Of a stretch of DNA of 28,264 nucleotides, positions 23,165-28,264 are shown one piece after another. Made by a program: the position numbers and the translations under genes. The DNA lies in contig CAXIUT010000057.1 in the NCBI GenBank assembly GCA_964035545.1, positions 283,675-311,938 of the forward strand. The letters run 5' to 3'. Under the pieces are notes generated by a model, which saw only the letters and a list, made by a program, of their open reading frames with translations, searched no databases and had not been told where the DNA came from. This stretch comes from Bugula neritina. Lineage: Eukaryota > Animalia > Bryozoa. The stretch's first letter is position 1, and every line of letters starts with the position of its first letter.

Positions 23165-26143
23165 TCATTGTTATTATTAAAATTTAAGTAGATTTTTATT
23201 GAGTATTTTCTGTCTGTTGAATTCCAGGTTGGATGGTTTTATTTTAAGTTATTGTCGATAGAAAGGTTGATATTTAGTTGATAGTATATGTTTTTATAAG
23301 AGTTGTTTTGGTTTTATCTTTCTTAAATACTATTGTAGTTATTTATCTCTTTTGGTTAGTTGATGCTATTCATGGTCTATTTATGAGTGATCGGTTTGAT
23401 AGTTTTTATTTTTGTTATCTATTTTTTGTACTAAGTTGAATTTGTAGTTGTGGGTGGTTTGGGCTTTGTGAGTGAGACCGATATCGACGATTGAGAGTGC
23501 ATGTTGTTTGTTTTTTCGTTTTTATGGGGGTTATACTTATGTTATTGTTCTTTTTAATAAGGAGTTGCTTTATTTGTTGGCGGAGATCGTTGATTGTTTT
23601 GAATCGTTGATAGGTAGATATATTGTTTATTGGGGTTTATTCAATGTATAAAATCTATTGTTTTTTGTTGTTTTTAGAACTTTTATCAAATTTGATTATG
23701 AATTTGTTCTATCTCCTCTTATCTTACTAGATTATTTATTATTATTATTATTTTTATTTTTGTTATTTATTTTTGTTTTTTGGAGATATGACATTAATTT
23801 ATCTGTTGTTTTTGAATTTTTCTTATTCTTTCTATGAGTATTTGTTGAAAATGACTTATTATATGTTTTCCTCGCTATCTAGTATATCCGTTATTAATCT
23901 TAAGAATCTGAAGGTTAGTCTTTTTGAAAACCCATTGATAAATTTTATTAATCCAATCTTAATTATTCAAGATATTGTCTACGAAGAGTAGCTGCATCAT
24001 CTTACTGTTCCTATGACCTTTTAAGTTTCAAATTCAACTATAATTCATTCTTAAATGCTTTTACTTCGATATTTACGATGGCTTATGGTTGTTACATTGA
24101 TTAGGTTGATTAGAATAAATTTTATTAAGTCAAAAGAAGGTTATTTTGTTTTTTATGACTGATTTTCGATGGACTTTTTTATATTTACTGATCATGATTG
24201 AAAGTAGGTGAAAAATATAGACTGATAGCTTTAAGGATGTCACAACCTATAGTTTGATATGAAGCTCTATCATAGTGAAAAAGACTATTTTTAGCTGAAC
24301 AATAGGAATTCTAAATAGTAAAGACATTGGGTATTTTAAGGGCATCAAACATAAAGTTTCTAGCAGTTCCTTATTTCCCTTTATTGATTCCTTGCATTTC
24401 TGTTAATCTAGAAAACCTGCACTAGCTAAATAAAAAATCATTTTCTGATAATTTAGATAGCAAGTACGGGAACTATCTAGTTGAGTAAGGGTCGCTCATA
24501 TCATGGCAGCCATAGGCAAAGACACTTTTCTTTTTAGAATGGGCATGAAGATCTATAAACATAGCTATTCTTTTGTGGTAATCTAAGAGATAGCGTTTGA
24601 TTGCATGTATTTAGCGGGTACGGTCGGGTTTGCTTCCCTTCCATGCTCGATTGAGATCGTAGCCTGCGATGTTGCAGCGTGAATTTCCAAGGATTACCCC
24701 ATCTGGATTGACCATGGGGATAATTTTGATGATATAATGTTGTAGAAGTTGATAGATAATATGATTTTTTTGTTCTTCTTTTGAATTTTATATAAATAAT
24801 TAACTAAAAGTATTAAGGATACCTTAAATGACATGTGATCCGGCAGTTTAAGCTGGATGGCATCGTCCGATGATGACAATTATTTTTTTTTATATCATTG
24901 TTTATTGATTGTCTTTTTTAGCTGAAAAAGTGATAGCTTAAATGGAGTTATTGAGATATGATTGAGTTATGATATATCTTTTGATATTAATTGTATTTTT
25001 ATAATTATTCTAGTATCCTGATGTGATTCTATCTAGAGTTCTTCCCAATCGAGTATAAGTGTAAGGTTAGTTATAGCTGACATACAACTATTATCCACTA
25101 AGTATCTATAATGTAAATTCTAAGGTATGATAATGTAAATTATTCATAAATCCTGTTACTAGTGTAGAATCGATATTTTATTCATCTCTTTTTAGTGTAT
25201 TTTTATAGTATCGGATATGTGTGCCTTCTTTGCACCAGATACCTTTTCTACAGGTAGATATTTTGAGGCCATGACCGAAAAGACTTGAACTTTTAGTCAT
25301 ATTAACAATCATGAATTTAAAGGTGTTATTTTATGTTCTATTGAAGGAAAAAGGTTGGTTTTTTCTTTTTATTTTGAAATAAAACCATTGTCCATAATTT
25401 CTAGTATTGTAGTCTAATCGACTACTCAAAACATACACTTTTTACTTAGCCTATCTATCGTTTATATTCATGGCTGTAAAGAGATTAGACGACTAAAAAT
25501 CTTACTCAAAACTCAATTCTGGATCACTACCAACAAAAGCAGGGATATTGGGTTGGTCTTCTGTTTTGAACTGGTCATATGCATAAGATGTTGATGCAAA
25601 GTTTTGATTGTTGTAGATGGATTTGATGTATTATAGATTTATTAGTTGTTATTTATGTTTGTATTTGGTTATGGTTGTTTTTATGTTGTTTAGTAATGCT
25701 GTTTTGCTGATAAAACAGATATTCTAGGGTTTTTTTGTTATATTTTTTATATTTCCTTCTAAAAAATCTAGAGGATCATTTTCTTTTATATATCTATTTC
25801 CATCTAATTGCCCAGATTTATCTTTTCCTGTATATGATGTCATTTGACTTCTACTTCTTTTATTATTAATATTACTAACAAATCCTTTAAACCGACTATT
25901 CCTATTTCTGCTACCATCTTCTCTTCCTGACTAGTTGCCGTCGTCCAAGTACATCTTGTGGCCTGACTCGGACTAGAAATCTGGTTGTATGGGGAGTAGG
26001 TGATTGGGGGTTTGCGATTTGAGTATTAGTCCTGGGAGTAGATTATTGGGAGGTTGTAATTTTTTGCGGATGCTGATGATTTCTGGGTTATTTTTTATTT
26101 ATTTTTGTTAGGATTTGATGGTGTATGTATCTGGGTCATGCAT
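23165..26143 (-). CDS. Cytosolic carboxypeptidase (CCP/Nna1/AGBL, peptidase M14D; tubulin deglutamylase family)
   Basis: Motifs F(TAG=E)SSNL, QWFYF, GRCHPA(TAA=E) zinc motif, [26 protein letters not shown] and catalytic FTI(TAG=E)NS. 992 codons in one register. Confidence 0.92.
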
Positions 26144-26545
26144 TTGTTCAATGATTAAATATAATTAATTGATGGGTTTTTAAAATCATTGATCGATAGA
26201 TAGATTATCATATCACTATCACCGTTTTTTATATTGGAATACTATCATTTGATTTCTCATCTTTTCTTGCATTGCTTTATTCATTTTTATTGACGTTATT
26301 TTAAAATATTTATATTTTCTTCTACTTCCAAAGCGTTTCATTAGCAGTTAAACATTTCTTCAAGTTGTTTCTCTCTTCTTGAAGTCTGATTGGATGTGAT
26401 AGGTGATGGGGTGCTTTGGGGTGCAGAGGTTTGAGGGGATAATATATTTTTATTTGTTTTTCTGACAATTTTGGATGTAGTTTAGAGTTTTTGAATATTA
26501 TGTGGTTTAAATCATAGGTTTAATGGGATAGTTCATAATATTAAG

Positions 26546-28037
26546 ATGTAGATTGAACAAAGCAAGACACATTCCTACCTGGATGAGTACAAGATTGTCA
26601 AGACCCTTGGCGCTGGCTACCATGCACAGTACTTTCTGTCTTATCTAGAGTTAAGTTGGGAGAAGATGAACAAGGAAGACTTGTGGCCATCAAAAAGTAT
26701 AAAAAGGAAACAGCCACTCTTGACACCCTTAAGCATTAACTTAACGTCATGAAGGTCCTCGATCATGAGAATCTAGTTAAGTTACTCAGCGTTAGAGAAA
26801 ACGCTACATACAAGAAGAAAGACTAAAGCACTTACAGTTGCTTCGCTATTGTTCTAGAGTATGTAGGCGGAGGAGAATTATTCGACTTCGTGGCTGATAC
26901 TGGCAAGTTTTCTGAAAGAGTGGCAAGGACATACTTCCACCAAATGATGAACGGATTACACTATCTTCACCAAAAAGGTTATGCCCACAGAGACATTAAA
27001 CCTGAAAACGTTCTTCTTTCCAACATGTATATCCTCAAAATAGCTGATTTTGGATTTGCTTGTGACATCAAAGGTAAAGATAATTCTGGAGTTTTGAGAA
27101 CTAAGTTGGGAACTGAAGGCTATATGGCTCCTTAAATTCCAACTAAAAAATATTAAGGAAAAAGTGTTGATATCTTTGCATCAGGAGTCATCCTCTTCAT
27201 CATGTATGCTGGAAATCCTCCATTTGAAAAAGCTACTCCTAACGATCCATATTATAAGTTAATCAAGGAGAAAAGATACGATATTTTCTGGAAGGCTCAT
27301 TGCCGCAAGAGACCAGCTGGTTTCTTTTCTGACAGTTTCAAAGATATTTTCACTAGAATGATAGCTTTTGATCCTTCAGAAAGACCTAAAATTGAAGATA
27401 TTGCTAATCATGCTTGGGTGAGAGAAGCTATTTGCAGCCACTCATAAATCAAAACTGAATTTACTGCTAGACAACACAAGTTGGATAAAATTTTGTAGGA
27501 AAGAAGAAAAGAGCAATAGAAGGAAAAGCAACAGAAGATGACTGCAGTTACTACTCAGGGCACTAATGCCAGTCGATCAGGAACTGAAGTTGATAAGAAG
27601 TTCCTTGAGATATACAATAGTGAATTTGTAAATAAGAGAGCTCTACCAAAACTTGAAGTTATATCAAAGGATGACATTATTTTGAACGAAAACCAGCCAG
27701 CTTTTTCAATCAGTTTATTGAAGAACTTTTTCTAAGGTCATGAAGTGAACGTAGCTGATGACTAGGAGGAGTTGATTGGAGATGAGACTGATGTGTTGAA
27801 GGTGACAAAGGTGAGCGATGAGGGCAAGGACAAGGTACAATATAATTAATGTAGATGAGTGTCGTATATACATATAGCTACTAGGTGGATGAGAATACAT
27901 TTGAGAACAATGTGGAGATCGAGTTGACATTTGGAGTGAATAGTGAGAATCGATTGGTGGTTCATTTTGAGAGGATGGATGGAAATTTACTTTATTATAA
28001 GAAAGTAATCAAAGATATCCAGACTAAGTGTTTATGA
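26546..28037 (+). CDS. CAMK-group Ser/Thr kinase (CAMKL-like) with a possible C-terminal KA1-like domain
   Basis: Motifs LGAGYHAQVK, VAIK, alphaC H(TAA=E)L, HRDIKPEN, DFG, GTEGYMAP(TAA=E)I. 20-nt introns at 26629-26648 and 27835-27854; 483 aa. Confidence 0.94.
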
Positions 28038-28195
28038 TAACATTATTATATCTACCTATCTATCGCTATTCAATTAATTAGATGTGAGATGTTATTCATT
28101 ATTATATTATTATCTTATTATATTATTATATTATTGAATTAGGTAAATAAATAATTTATTCTATTTGATATGATGATATTTGTTTGACAATAAGA

Positions 28196-28264
28196 GGGGT
28201 TGGGGTTGGGGTTGGGGTTGGGGTTGGGGTTGGGGTTGGGGTTGGGGTTGGGGTTGGGGTTGGG
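28196..28264 (+). repeat. Right telomere, (TTGGGG)n
   Basis: 69 nt of perfect repeat running to the last base. Confidence 0.98.

Noticed and set aside
23165-23180. Clusters of TAA/TAG just before terminal TGAs, suggesting context-dependent stops
   Set aside because: The PKG ends TGG GAT TAA ATA TTT TGA (WDEIF), matching the conserved WDxxF tail, so TAA is sense even three codons from the end. All gene models end at TGA.
26405-26425. GCACCCCAAAGCACCCCA on the - strand as a telomerase RNA template
   Set aside because: It does not match the CAACCCCAA template needed for TTGGGG synthesis.

Overview
This is a complete telomere-to-telomere ciliate macronuclear chromosome (28.3 kb), with (CCCCAA)n at the left end and (TTGGGG)n at the right. 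It uses a non-standard code: TAA and TAG both fall at invariant Glu positions (kinase APE and alphaC Glu, cNMP FGE, carboxypeptidase HxxE and catalytic Glu), and TGA is the only stop. That is the peritrich nuclear code (NCBI table 30), so the supplied standard-code ORF track is fragmentary or spurious. Re-translating by hand gives 20 tightly packed genes with about 24 tiny GTA...AG introns, mostly exactly 20 nt. Recognisable genes are MRT4, two CAMK-type kinases, a PKG-like kinase, SAC1, PEX11, an XRCC4-like gene, PP2C, MAK16, a degenerate adenylate kinase and a cytosolic carboxypeptidase; the rest are hypothetical. The main anomaly is two perfect internal telomeric tracts (14502-14588 and 19244-19324). 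Both are G-strand only, both begin at a TTAGGG seed, and both are in the same register as the true ends. One lies in frame inside the N-terminus of the XRCC4-like NHEJ gene. This could be telomerase-mediated insertion at re-ligated breaks, or alternative fragmentation collapsed by the assembler; read-level data would decide. Gene identities come from motif recognition by eye; no searches were run.
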